Position numbers and translations under genes: made by a program. From the NCBI GenBank assembly GCA_045863335.1, contig BTVY01000033.1, forward strand, positions 14,243 through 78,242: a stretch of DNA of 64,000 bases. The letters run 5' to 3'. The stretch comes from Candidatus Hydrogenedentota bacterium. GTDB lineage: Bacteria > Hydrogenedentota > Hydrogenedentia > Hydrogenedentales > SLHB01. Each line of letters begins with the position of its first letter. Positions within the stretch are counted from its first letter, which is position 1. The notes under the pieces were generated by a model that was given only the letters and a program-made list of their open reading frames with translations, was not told the origin of the DNA and searched no databases. Below are positions 18,351 through 27,164 of the stretch, piece after piece.

Positions 18351-20846
18351 ATGGACTTGATGCAGGCTGTATCCGACGGTAATGAGGAGCTTGTTCGGAC
18401 GCTCGTGTCGGGGGCGAAGAAGTCCGACCTTAACAAGCGCGGTCCGAACAAGAGCACAGTCCTCATGGTTGCGGCGAGCGCAGGAAATACGGTGATAACC
18501 CGCATGCTCATCGAGGCGGGCGCGGATTTGGACTTGCAGGACTCCGACGACCAGACCGCCTTGATGTTTGCGATCTGCGGCCAGCAGGAAGAAACGGTCG
18601 ACCTATTGCTCGATGCGGGCGCGCGTGCCGACATTGAGAACTGGCTCGCATTCGACTTTGCGGTGCGGTTTGGGACGCCGCGCATGGTGAAACGGCTCAT
18701 CGATCTGGGCGCCGATGTGAACCGCCGCGATGGCGACGGCGCCCCGCCGCTTCTCGAGGCCGTAAACCGCGGAAGTCAGGAACTCGTGGAAATGCTCATC
18801 GCTTCGGGTGCGGATCATGACGCGACGGCTTGTGGCGGGCAGACCGCGGTTTCCCTCGCTGCGAGCGGACGAAACGCAGATCTCTTTGAGTATCTCGTGG
18901 ACCAAGGGTGTCCCATCGGGCCCGCGCTCAATGGCGCGATCTTCACGCGCAGAGTGGACGTCGTGAAGCGGCTCATCGAATTGGGCGCGAACGTCAACGA
19001 ACAAGACAAGCAATTCGGATACACGCCTTTGGCAACAGCGACCGAAGTGGGCGACGCAAAAATTGTCAAAATGCTCATTGACGCCGGCGCCGATCTGAAG
19101 GCAACGGATTTTATCGGGCAAACTCCGTTGTGCACCGCAGCCATGAACGGTCAGACCGCCGTCATGAAGGTGCTCCTCGATGCCGGGTCCGACATCCGCC
19201 ATCGGAACGCGGAGGGCGAAACGATCCTCACCATGGCAACCTGGATGGACCAGGCCAAAGCCGTGGAATTCCTCCTCGAGCGCGGCGCCGACCCGAACGA
19301 AACCGGTAAGAATTCTCCCGCACCGCTTCTGTGGGCGGTCGCCCAGGACTCGCAGAACCTCGTGAAGCGCCTGCTCGATGCGGGTGCGGACCCGAATGCC
19401 GCGGTTCCGAAGACGAAGCGACACGGAATATTCGACAAGTATCCAAAGGGCACCACCGCGCTCATGATTGCGGCCGCAAAAGGCCGGAGCAAGATTGTCG
19501 ACATACTTCTCGAAGCCGGGGTGGATCCACAGGTCGAGAACGGCGAAGGCAGAACGGCAGTAGATTTCGCCGCAAAAGCCGGCCGCGGCAAGGTTCTCGA
19601 ACGCCTGGAACGCACCGGCGCCACCGTCGATCGTTCGTCGAAGGAACTTCAGGATGCACTCTTGCTCCAGGCCGTGGAGAGTGGCAACGTAGCGGACGTC
19701 AAGAAGGCACTCGCCGCGGGCGCCAAAGCGGACGCGACCAAGAAGAAGGGCCATCCGACCGCGCTCATGACCGCGTGCCTGGAAGGTCGAGATGACATTG
19801 TCCGCGCCCTGCTGGATGCCGGCGCGAAAGTCGACCGGGTATGCGAGTGGGGGCAGGCGCCCCTACGCAACGCCGTGGTGCGCGGTCATACTGGCGTGGT
19901 CCGCATGCTGTTGGAAGCGGGCGCCAATCCAAGTCTCTCCTATCCATCCGCGTCCATTCCCGCCGAAGAAAAGAACACCGTGTTTCCCAGCATGGAATCG
20001 CCACTGATGGACGCGGCCAATCTCGGGCGGCCGGAGATTCTTGAGTTGCTGATCGAATTCGGAGCCGACGTGAATCAGGTATCCGAATCCGGGAAGAATC
20101 CGCTGCTCGCTGCGGTGTGGGGCCGACACTTCGATTTGGCAAAGCGCCTTCTTGCCGCGGGTGCCACGCGCAGGATTGAAGACGCCGATTGCCTTGCCGT
20201 ACTGGATTGGGACGAGAATGCCGCCCATGCCGCGTATCAGGAATCCATTCGCGAAGTCGCGGAGGCCTGCGGCTGCGAACCCGAGCCCATCGATTGGTTG
20301 CCCGGCGCAAAATCCTTCCGTTTCACCGTGCCGGAGCAGAAAGGCGATGGGGGAGAGGCCGAACCCGACGTTGCGACCGCGGCCATCCACTGGTCCAGAC
20401 AGTTCAACGAAAAGTACGCAACGCTGGCAAAAGACGTGAACGAGGTGCTCGACCGGCTCGCGGCTGCCATCGAGGAACGCGGCTATCACCTCCTCGACGC
20501 GGGCATGCCCCTCGGCTGCGGTCCCATGACGCGGTTTCTCGTGCTCCTGCCGTCAAACGACAAGTACGCCATCATGAGCGCCTTCGTTGTCCGCGGCAAC
20601 GATATGGAGCTTTCCAATCGCGACATCGTGCAATGGTTCCGCGACTTTGAAATCGAGGTACCGTTCCGCCTTCGCGGGTGCAAGTTCGACACCGTGACAA
20701 TCCAACTCGACGCGCCCCTGCCCAACGCCAAGAAATGGGTGAAGAAACTGCGCGATTTCTGCCCCGACTCCTTCGGCGAAGGCACCTCCAAAGAACTGTC
20801 CGACCTCCTAAAGACGACCACAAGACTGACTTTCTGGTGGGATTAG
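18351..20846 (+). CDS. Large ankyrin-repeat protein with C-terminal DUF4253-like domain
   Basis: Many G-TPL/TALM..LL.AGAD repeats; C-terminus FCPD..LTFWWD is typical of DUF4253. Confidence 0.85.
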   Translation: MDLMQAVSDGNEELVRTLVSGAKKSDLNKRGPNKSTVLMVAASAGNTVITRMLIEAGADLDLQDSDDQTALMFAICGQQEETVDLLLDAGARADIENWLAFDFAVRFGTPRMVKRLIDLGADVNRRDGDGAPPLLEAVNRGSQELVEMLIASGADHDATACGGQTAVSLAASGRNADLFEYLVDQGCPIGPALNGAIFTRRVDVVKRLIELGANVNEQDKQFGYTPLATATEVGDAKIVKMLIDAGADLKATDFIGQTPLCTAAMNGQTAVMKVLLDAGSDIRHRNAEGETILTMATWMDQAKAVEFLLERGADPNETGKNSPAPLLWAVAQDSQNLVKRLLDAGADPNAAVPKTKRHGIFDKYPKGTTALMIAAAKGRSKIVDILLEAGVDPQVENGEGRTAVDFAAKAGRGKVLERLERTGATVDRSSKELQDALLLQAVESGNVADVKKALAAGAKADATKKKGHPTALMTACLEGRDDIVRALLDAGAKVDRVCEWGQAPLRNAVVRGHTGVVRMLLEAGANPSLSYPSASIPAEEKNTVFPSMESPLMDAANLGRPEILELLIEFGADVNQVSESGKNPLLAAVWGRHFDLAKRLLAAGATRRIEDADCLAVLDWDENAAHAAYQESIREVAEACGCEPEPIDWLPGAKSFRFTVPEQKGDGGEAEPDVATAAIHWSRQFNEKYATLAKDVNEVLDRLAAAIEERGYHLLDAGMPLGCGPMTRFLVLLPSNDKYAIMSAFVVRGNDMELSNRDIVQWFRDFEIEVPFRLRGCKFDTVTIQLDAPLPNAKKWVKKLRDFCPDSFGEGTSKELSDLLKTTTRLTFWWD

Positions 20847-20857
20847 AGGGGCCACAT

Positions 20858-21039
20858 GTAGGTCGGGAATGATTCCCGACCAATGGGTCCTCGTCGACCG
20901 AGCAATGTAGACAGGCCCCGGTGTTTGATGCAAGCTTTTCGCCCCTTCTACCTTTGCGTGAACCCGCTCCAAACGTAAGGCGTGGGTCATGCAGGAAAGT
21001 GGCCGAGAACTTCCTGGACGGGAATCATTCCCGTCCTAC
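20858..21039. repeat. Inverted pair of GTAG-type REP-like palindromes
   Basis: GTAG-GTCGGGAAT-G-ATTCCCGAC (20858-20880) and, on the minus strand, GTAG-GACGGGAAT-G-ATTCCCGTC (21017-21039). Confidence 0.8.
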
Positions 21040-21158
21040 GTGGGATTCCGCCCCACGGCACCCCACCTGATTCCCCCGGTGCTATCGAATCCTAGTTTTT
21101 TTCATGCCAAATTCCCCTGACAAAACGTTCAGTATTTCAGGTTTTTCTAGTTTATGCC

Positions 21159-21215
21159 TTTCTATATCTTGTGTCGCAACTGTCAATTCATATCTCCCCC
21201 TACAACATATTGTAT
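21159..21215. promoter_or_regulatory. Tandem NrdR-box-like pair upstream of the mraZ promoter
   Basis: tttCtAtATcTtGtgt (21159) and ctaCaAcATaTtGtat (21200), starts 41 bp apart. Confidence 0.55.
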
Positions 21216-21280
21216 AAGATATCGCAATTTGGTCATCTTCGTAACCTGTTGGATCTAAACGAGAACCAACAATTTTCCTC

Positions 21281-21336
21281 TTGACAGCCGTGGTGGATAG
21301 TGGTACGGTGGGGTTGTTGAGTGGGGAGAAATGGTA
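21281..21336 (+). promoter_or_regulatory. dcw promoter overlapped by MraZ-binding-like direct repeats
   Basis: TTGACA (21281), 17-bp spacer, TACGGT (21304) preceded by TG; GTGG-like boxes with ~10-bp period at 21290, 21300, 21310, 21321, 21331. Confidence 0.75.
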
Positions 21337-21363
21337 GGTTAGGGTTCGCGGAAGGAGCCTTCG

Positions 21364-21852
21364 GTGTATTACGGAGAGGCCGTCACCAAATTGGATGACA
21401 AGGGACGCATCACCGTCCCGCGCCGTATCCGTGAAACCATGGATCATGAAGGTCACCTCATCTGGTACATGGCCCGCGGGTACAACCACTCCATCTTTCT
21501 CTTCCACCGCGACGAGTGGAACAAGATCCGGCAGCAGGCCGGCCGCCATTCCGCCATGGACGCAAAAACCCTCCCCTTCCGGCGCATGTTCTTCAGCAGC
21601 GTCGCGGAGGCGCGTCCGGACGGGCAAGGGCGAATGGCAGTCCCCCAACACTTGCGCGAATACGCCGGAATCGACAAAGAAGCGGTGCTAATCGGTGTAG
21701 AAGACCACCTGGAACTGTGGGACAAGGACGCGTGGCGCCAGTTCCAGGAGTCGAACGATGCGGAATATGAGGATATGGCGGCCCCATTGTTCTCGATGGG
21801 TGAATCGGTGGCTGCCGCAACTGCGAAAGGTGGGCCAGAGGATGAATGTTGA
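21364..21852 (+). CDS. mraZ: Division/cell wall cluster transcriptional repressor MraZ
   Basis: Two DxxGR repeats (LDDKGR, PDGQGR), IGVEDHLELWD; GTG after AAGGAG. Confidence 0.96.
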   Translation: MYYGEAVTKLDDKGRITVPRRIRETMDHEGHLIWYMARGYNHSIFLFHRDEWNKIRQQAGRHSAMDAKTLPFRRMFFSSVAEARPDGQGRMAVPQHLREYAGIDKEAVLIGVEDHLELWDKDAWRQFQESNDAEYEDMAAPLFSMGESVAAATAKGGPEDEC

Positions 21853-22186
21853 ACGAACAGACATCGGTGCGGTGACCGTGCTCAGGCTTGAGGGCGACAT
21901 TGACGAAACCGGAGTGGACGCGTTGCGGACCGCGCTCTATGAATGCATCAACGACGGGCGGTCCAAGCTGGTCTTGAATCTGAGCAGCATTCGGTTCATC
22001 AGTTACATGGGCGTCGGCGTTTTGGTCGAGCGGCTGCGCAAGCTCCGCGCGCAAGGCGGCGACATGAAGCTCGTGGGCATCAACCTCTACACGCAGCGCC
22101 TGTTCCGGATGGTCGGCGTCCAGTCGCTCTTCGACACCTTCGAGAGCGAAACCCAGGCCCTGGGCGTGTATCAGGAGGCGGCATAA
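21842..22186 (+). CDS. STAS domain protein (anti-sigma factor antagonist-like)
   Basis: VLRLEGDID, LVLNLSSIRFISYMGVGVL, GGDMKLVG, RLFRMVG; overlaps mraZ end. Confidence 0.85.
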   Translation: MNVERTDIGAVTVLRLEGDIDETGVDALRTALYECINDGRSKLVLNLSSIRFISYMGVGVLVERLRKLRAQGGDMKLVGINLYTQRLFRMVGVQSLFDTFESETQALGVYQEAA

Positions 22187-23157
22187 CGCCAGCTTCCGGT
22201 GCGGGTAAAGGGAGCGGCCGGGTTCCGCACACGCCGGTACTGGCCGACGCGGTCCTGAAGTGGCTGGACGTGCATCCCGGCGGAGTTTACGTCGACTGCA
22301 CGGCGGGCGCAGGAGGCCACTCCGAGCTGATTGCGCAACGGCTGGCCGATGGCCGCTTAATCGCGCTGGACCGCGATCCCGCGGCAGTTGAACTCGCGCG
22401 GACGCGATTGCGTCCTTTTCCGCAGGCTCAGGTTGTTCACGCAAACTACGCGAATCTTGCGTCGGTTCTGGATGGTTTGAGCATACGCCGGGTGCACGGC
22501 GTGTTGATCGACGCGGGTGTGTCGAGCATGCAGATTGATGATCCCGAGCGGGGTTTTTCGCTACAGAACGACGGCCCCCTCGACATGCGCATGAATCCTG
22601 ACGAAGGAATGACAGCCTTGGAGTATCTGGCATCGACAGATTCGGACGAGTTGGCGGACGTCCTTCGCTCGTATGGGGACGTGAAGCCCGCGCGCCGGAT
22701 TGCCAAACTGCTGGCTGCCCGCGCCCGGGAAGGGCGAATCCGCACGACCTTGGATCTGGTTCGGACCGTGCAAGAATCGCTTTCTTTTGTGCGCGGGATT
22801 CCTGAAGAGGTTCGCACAGTATTTCAGGCGCTGCGAATTGCGGTGAACGATGAACTCAAAGGTTTAAGCGAAGGCGTGCATCAGGCCATCGACATGCTGG
22901 AACCCGGCGGGCGTTTGGTCGCGATCTCCTTTCATTCCGGAGAAGATCGGATCGTGAAGAATGCCCTGAACCGTGAAAGCCGACCGGAACGGGAACTCCA
23001 TCCCGACGGGAGGGTGAAACGGGAGATTCCGCCACGCATGCGCATTCTGACGCGCAAACCCGTTGCGCCGGACTCCGACGAGGTGCGCGAGAATCCGCGG
23101 GCGCACAGTGCCCGGTTACGCGCCGCCGAGCGACTCAGCGGAGACATGGAGCCATGA
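22183..23157 (+). CDS. rsmH: 16S rRNA m4C1402 methyltransferase RsmH (MraW); no ATG/GTG/TTG before HTPV, start inferred at ATA 22183
   Basis: HTPVL, DCTAGAGGHS, GVSSMQID..RGFS..GPLDMRM, FQALRIAVN, ISFHSGEDR, NPRAHSARLR. Confidence 0.93.
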   Translation: MTPASGAGKGSGRVPHTPVLADAVLKWLDVHPGGVYVDCTAGAGGHSELIAQRLADGRLIALDRDPAAVELARTRLRPFPQAQVVHANYANLASVLDGLSIRRVHGVLIDAGVSSMQIDDPERGFSLQNDGPLDMRMNPDEGMTALEYLASTDSDELADVLRSYGDVKPARRIAKLLAARAREGRIRTTLDLVRTVQESLSFVRGIPEEVRTVFQALRIAVNDELKGLSEGVHQAIDMLEPGGRLVAISFHSGEDRIVKNALNRESRPERELHPDGRVKREIPPRMRILTRKPVAPDSDEVRENPRAHSARLRAAERLSGDMEP

Positions 23158-23564
23158 CTAGGGGATCATACCCACGTCCCGCACGCGGCGTTCTCGTGGG
23201 CGCTGTCCTTTGGATCCCCGTTCTGCTCGTGCCGTTTTCCGCGTTCTTTTTTGAGACGTGGCTGCAATTACAGATCTTTGAACGGGACTACGAAGCCGCC
23301 GAACTAAGCCGCGAAATACGGGAGACCAATGCGCGAATCGAAGGGCTCGAAGAGCGCGCGGACGAGCTGATGACACTCGACCGAATCTCGGAGCAAGCGC
23401 CGGACCTGGGGTTGGTCCAACCTGAACCCAGCCAAATCGAGGTCGTGCGTGTCACGCCCGGCAGCGAGTATCGTATAGAAGAGCCGTTCTACGAAATTGC
23501 CCGCTTGCCGGCGGCGGAACCGTCCGGTCCTCCCGCGGCCGCCACCGATTCGGGAGTGCCCTGA
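23154..23564 (+). CDS. ftsL: Cell division protein FtsL-like
   Basis: One TM helix plus coiled coil, RISEQAPDLGL; position between rsmH and ftsI. Confidence 0.72.
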   Translation: MTRGSYPRPARGVLVGAVLWIPVLLVPFSAFFFETWLQLQIFERDYEAAELSREIRETNARIEGLEERADELMTLDRISEQAPDLGLVQPEPSQIEVVRVTPGSEYRIEEPFYEIARLPAAEPSGPPAAATDSGVP

Positions 23565-23568
23565 TCCC

Positions 23569-25737
23569 ATGACCGATCCAACCCACGACCGCACACGACC
23601 CGACGCGGAACTCCCGTTGACGCGCAAACACCGCCGGCGGGTTCGTCTCGTTTTTTGGGGATTCCTTATCGCATTCAACTTCATCATCATTCACGTCATT
23701 AAACTTCAGGTCTGGCCGGACGAGAAGTTCCTCAAGAACGATGAGGCTCACGTCGGAACCGTGCCCCTCACCATTCCACGCGGGCGCATCTACGATCGCG
23801 AGGGCCGCATCCTCGCCCGGGACCGGCAGGCGCCGTCGATCTGGGCCGATCCGCGTTACGTATCCAATCCGTTCGATGCCGCACAGCGCTTGAGCACGAA
23901 GCTGAATCTGGACGAGGACGTCGTTCTGGAACGCCTGACGCGTCGAACCGAAGACGGGCGGAAAATGCAAGACGTGCCGATCAAGCGGTATCTCTCCGAG
24001 TCCGAACTCGAGAATCTCGGGGACTTGAATGCCTTCGTCGGCGGTGGTTTGCGCATCAAGCGCGAACCCCTTCGATACTATCCTGAAGAGATGCTCGCGG
24101 CGCATGTCGTGGGCTATGTCAATCGGGAGAACAAGGGGGCGCAGGGAATCGAACACGCCTACGACTCCTACTTGCGCAGCACGGAAGGCGTGCATCGCGC
24201 GCGCAAGGACGCCAACCGCAATCTCCTTGCATCACTGACACTGGAATACGTGCCGCCCGCGGGGGGTAACGATGTTATCCTGACCATCGACAAACCCATT
24301 CAGCACGCCCTGGAACGGGAGCTGATGGCCGTGATGGAACGCTGTCAGGCGGCCCGCGCGATGGGTCTACTGATGGACCCCAAGACCGGCGCCATACTGG
24401 CGCTCGCCTGCATGCCGGCCTTCGACCCGAATGCCTTCTGGGATTACTCGGACGAACAACGGAAGAACCGCGCGGTAACGGACGTGTTCGAACCGGGGTC
24501 CGCGTTCAAGATCGTCACCGCTTCAGCAGCGCTCGAATTGGGGCTGGTGACGCCCGAGACGCTTATCGATTGCGAAGGGGGGCGCTGGAGCGCGTTCGGC
24601 CGCCGGGTGATTTCGGACGTCCACAAGATGAACGTGGTTCCGTTCCGGGAAGTCTTCGCGGAGTCAAGCAACATCGGCATCATCAAAGTCGCGGGCATGA
24701 TTACGCAGCAAGGCGGCTACCCGCTCCTGGACGAGTGGATCCGCAGGTTCGGCTTTGGAGAACAAACCAGCCGCGACTTCCAGTTGGAGAGTGGCGGGAT
24801 CTACGCGCCGGTAAAGACCTGGTCCAAACTGTCTCCCATCTCGTTGCCCATGGGCCAGGAGATCGCCGTCACCATGCCCCAACTAGCCCGGGCTTTTGCG
24901 GTTATCGCCAACGGCGGTTATCTGGTGGAGCCCCATCTGGTGCGGGAAGTTGTTGACCGCGAAGGCCGGGAAATCTACCAATACGAACCGGGCGAACGGC
25001 CGCGCGTGCTCTCGAAAGAGACCGCGAAGACCATGCAGGAACTGTGCTACGAAGTGGTCGCCCACGGCACCGGTTCGCGTGCCGCGATTGCCGAATATCG
25101 CGCCGGCGGAAAGACCGGGACCGCACAGGTCGCGCGTCCCGACGGTAAAGGGTACTACGAGGACCAGCACACGGCGGTATTTGCTGGATTCGCACCCATC
25201 GCCGACCCGCGGGTTTGCGCCGTGATCGTCGTGCACAACCCCCAGAGCAAGCCATATTGGGGTGGATATGTTTGCGGGCCCGTGTTCAAGGAGGTCGTTC
25301 GGGAAGCCCTTATCCGGCTCGAATGCCCTGAGGACCCCATGGAGGATCTCGTCGAAGAGGGTACTGTGGAAGAAGGCGACGCGGACATGTTGGTTGCGCG
25401 ACTTGACGACTCGCAGGGCGAGCCCGCGATTGCCACGCGCAGCGAAGCCGACCTCGCTTTCGAGAATGCGGAACTCTTGGCCATGGAAGCGGATCTACCG
25501 GATACGACGCCGAGACTCCCCAGTTTTGACGGGCTTACCAAATCGCAGGCCAAGAATGCCCTTGCTACGCTCGGCCTCTCTTGGGACGCCCAGGGGAGCG
25601 GATGGGTGGTCGCCCAGGAGCCGCCCGCCGGTACCCCGCTTGCGGATGTAGAACGGTGCCGTTTGGTGTTCTCCAACACAAAGCATGACGAGATCGAAGA
25701 TGAGACTGAAGGACCTACCCAGACTGCTGCACTGTGA
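23569..25737 (+). CDS. ftsI: Class B penicillin-binding protein FtsI with C-terminal PASTA-like domain
   Basis: RGRIYDR, SxxK (EPGSAFK), SxN (SSN), KTGT. Confidence 0.93.
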   Translation: MTDPTHDRTRPDAELPLTRKHRRRVRLVFWGFLIAFNFIIIHVIKLQVWPDEKFLKNDEAHVGTVPLTIPRGRIYDREGRILARDRQAPSIWADPRYVSNPFDAAQRLSTKLNLDEDVVLERLTRRTEDGRKMQDVPIKRYLSESELENLGDLNAFVGGGLRIKREPLRYYPEEMLAAHVVGYVNRENKGAQGIEHAYDSYLRSTEGVHRARKDANRNLLASLTLEYVPPAGGNDVILTIDKPIQHALERELMAVMERCQAARAMGLLMDPKTGAILALACMPAFDPNAFWDYSDEQRKNRAVTDVFEPGSAFKIVTASAALELGLVTPETLIDCEGGRWSAFGRRVISDVHKMNVVPFREVFAESSNIGIIKVAGMITQQGGYPLLDEWIRRFGFGEQTSRDFQLESGGIYAPVKTWSKLSPISLPMGQEIAVTMPQLARAFAVIANGGYLVEPHLVREVVDREGREIYQYEPGERPRVLSKETAKTMQELCYEVVAHGTGSRAAIAEYRAGGKTGTAQVARPDGKGYYEDQHTAVFAGFAPIADPRVCAVIVVHNPQSKPYWGGYVCGPVFKEVVREALIRLECPEDPMEDLVEEGTVEEGDADMLVARLDDSQGEPAIATRSEADLAFENAELLAMEADLPDTTPRLPSFDGLTKSQAKNALATLGLSWDAQGSGWVVAQEPPAGTPLADVERCRLVFSNTKHDEIEDETEGPTQTAAL

Positions 25738-27163
25738 AGAGCGCCTGGTCCGCGACGTTGCGGTTACGTCGATTACGGAAGACTCCCGGCGCGTCACGGC
25801 CGGCTCGGTTTTTGTCGCAGTTTCCGGCGAGCATCAGGACGGCCATGATTTTGCGTCCGCCGCCGTTGAAGCGGGCGCGATTGCCGTCATTGGGAACCGG
25901 CTGCGAACAGCGGAGTGGAGCGGCGTTCCTTACTTCCACCACGATCAACCGCGCAAAGCGCTGGGAATTGTCGCGCATGCCCTCATGGGCGACCCGACAC
26001 AAGACATGACCGTCATCGGCGTTACGGGGACCAATGGAAAGTCCAGCACCGTCCTCCTCACACAACGCATCCTGCGGGACACGGGGCACCGGGCCGCCTG
26101 CTTCGGCACCTTGGGTTACGACGTGGGAGGCTCCGTGGCTCCGGCGCCTCATACGACGCCGTTTGGCGAGGATCTCGCGGGCCTGTTTCAACGAGCGCGT
26201 GTGGCGGGGGACACGCACGCGGTGATGGAAGTCAGTTCACACGCGCTCGAACAGGAGCGCGTGGCAGGCATCCGATTCGCGGTTGGCGCATTTACCAACC
26301 TCACCCAGGACCACCTCGACTATCACCAGGACATGAACGCCTATCTGCGCGCCAAACTGATGCTATTCGAGCGAATTGAAGGGGACGGTTGTTTTACGGT
26401 CGCGAATGCCGACGACCCCAGCGCGGAAGCCTTCGTCAACGCTTCCCGCGTTCGTTGCTTCACCTACGGCAAAACTGGCGATTGCCGGGCCGCCAATATC
26501 CGCATGGCGGCGTCCGAAACATCCTTTCAACTGGAGACGCCTTGGGGAAAGGGAGACTGCATAACCGGGTTGGTGGGACGCCACAACGTCAGCAATGCGC
26601 TGTGCGCCGCGACCATTTGCGGCGGGCTTGGCATACCGGTCGCGCGCATCTGTGAAGGGATTTCCGGGTTGAGGAGCGTCCCGGGCCGGTTCGAGCGCAT
26701 CGAATCGGATCGAGGCTTCCAGGTGGTAGTCGACTACGCGCACACCGATGACGGGCTGCGGAACGTCCTGCAAGCGGCGCGCGAGATTTGCGGCGGCAAG
26801 GTGATCCTGGTCTTCGGTTGCGGAGGCGACCGGGACAAGGGCAAACGCCCCAAGATGGGGAAGGTCGCAGCGGAACTCGCCGACTTTTCCTTCGTCACGT
26901 CGGACAATCCGCGCACCGAAGATCCCGAACGGATTCTGCTGGACATCGAAGTCGGCCTTCAGCACGCGGGGCGGCGCAAGTATGATGATTACGTCCTCAT
27001 TACCGACCGCGCCACGGCCATCCGCGAGGCCATCGCTCGTGCCAAACCCGGCGACCTCGTCATGATCGCCGGTAAAGGCCACGAGGATTACCAGATTTTG
27101 GGAACCAAACGAATTCATTTCGACGACCGCGAGGTCGCGCGCGCGATCCTCGAGGAGACTTAG
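25700..27163 (+). CDS. murE: UDP-MurNAc-tripeptide synthetase (meso-DAP type)
   Basis: GTNGKS, MEVSSH, DYAHT, DNPR (DAP specificity), AGKGHE. Confidence 0.96.
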   Translation: MRLKDLPRLLHCEERLVRDVAVTSITEDSRRVTAGSVFVAVSGEHQDGHDFASAAVEAGAIAVIGNRLRTAEWSGVPYFHHDQPRKALGIVAHALMGDPTQDMTVIGVTGTNGKSSTVLLTQRILRDTGHRAACFGTLGYDVGGSVAPAPHTTPFGEDLAGLFQRARVAGDTHAVMEVSSHALEQERVAGIRFAVGAFTNLTQDHLDYHQDMNAYLRAKLMLFERIEGDGCFTVANADDPSAEAFVNASRVRCFTYGKTGDCRAANIRMAASETSFQLETPWGKGDCITGLVGRHNVSNALCAATICGGLGIPVARICEGISGLRSVPGRFERIESDRGFQVVVDYAHTDDGLRNVLQAAREICGGKVILVFGCGGDRDKGKRPKMGKVAAELADFSFVTSDNPRTEDPERILLDIEVGLQHAGRRKYDDYVLITDRATAIREAIARAKPGDLVMIAGKGHEDYQILGTKRIHFDDREVARAILEET

Positions 27164-27164
27164 G

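Noticed and set aside
21943-22182. 80-aa N-terminal extension of RsmH from the ORF track
   Set aside because: Lies within the STAS gene in another frame and reads as shadow sequence.
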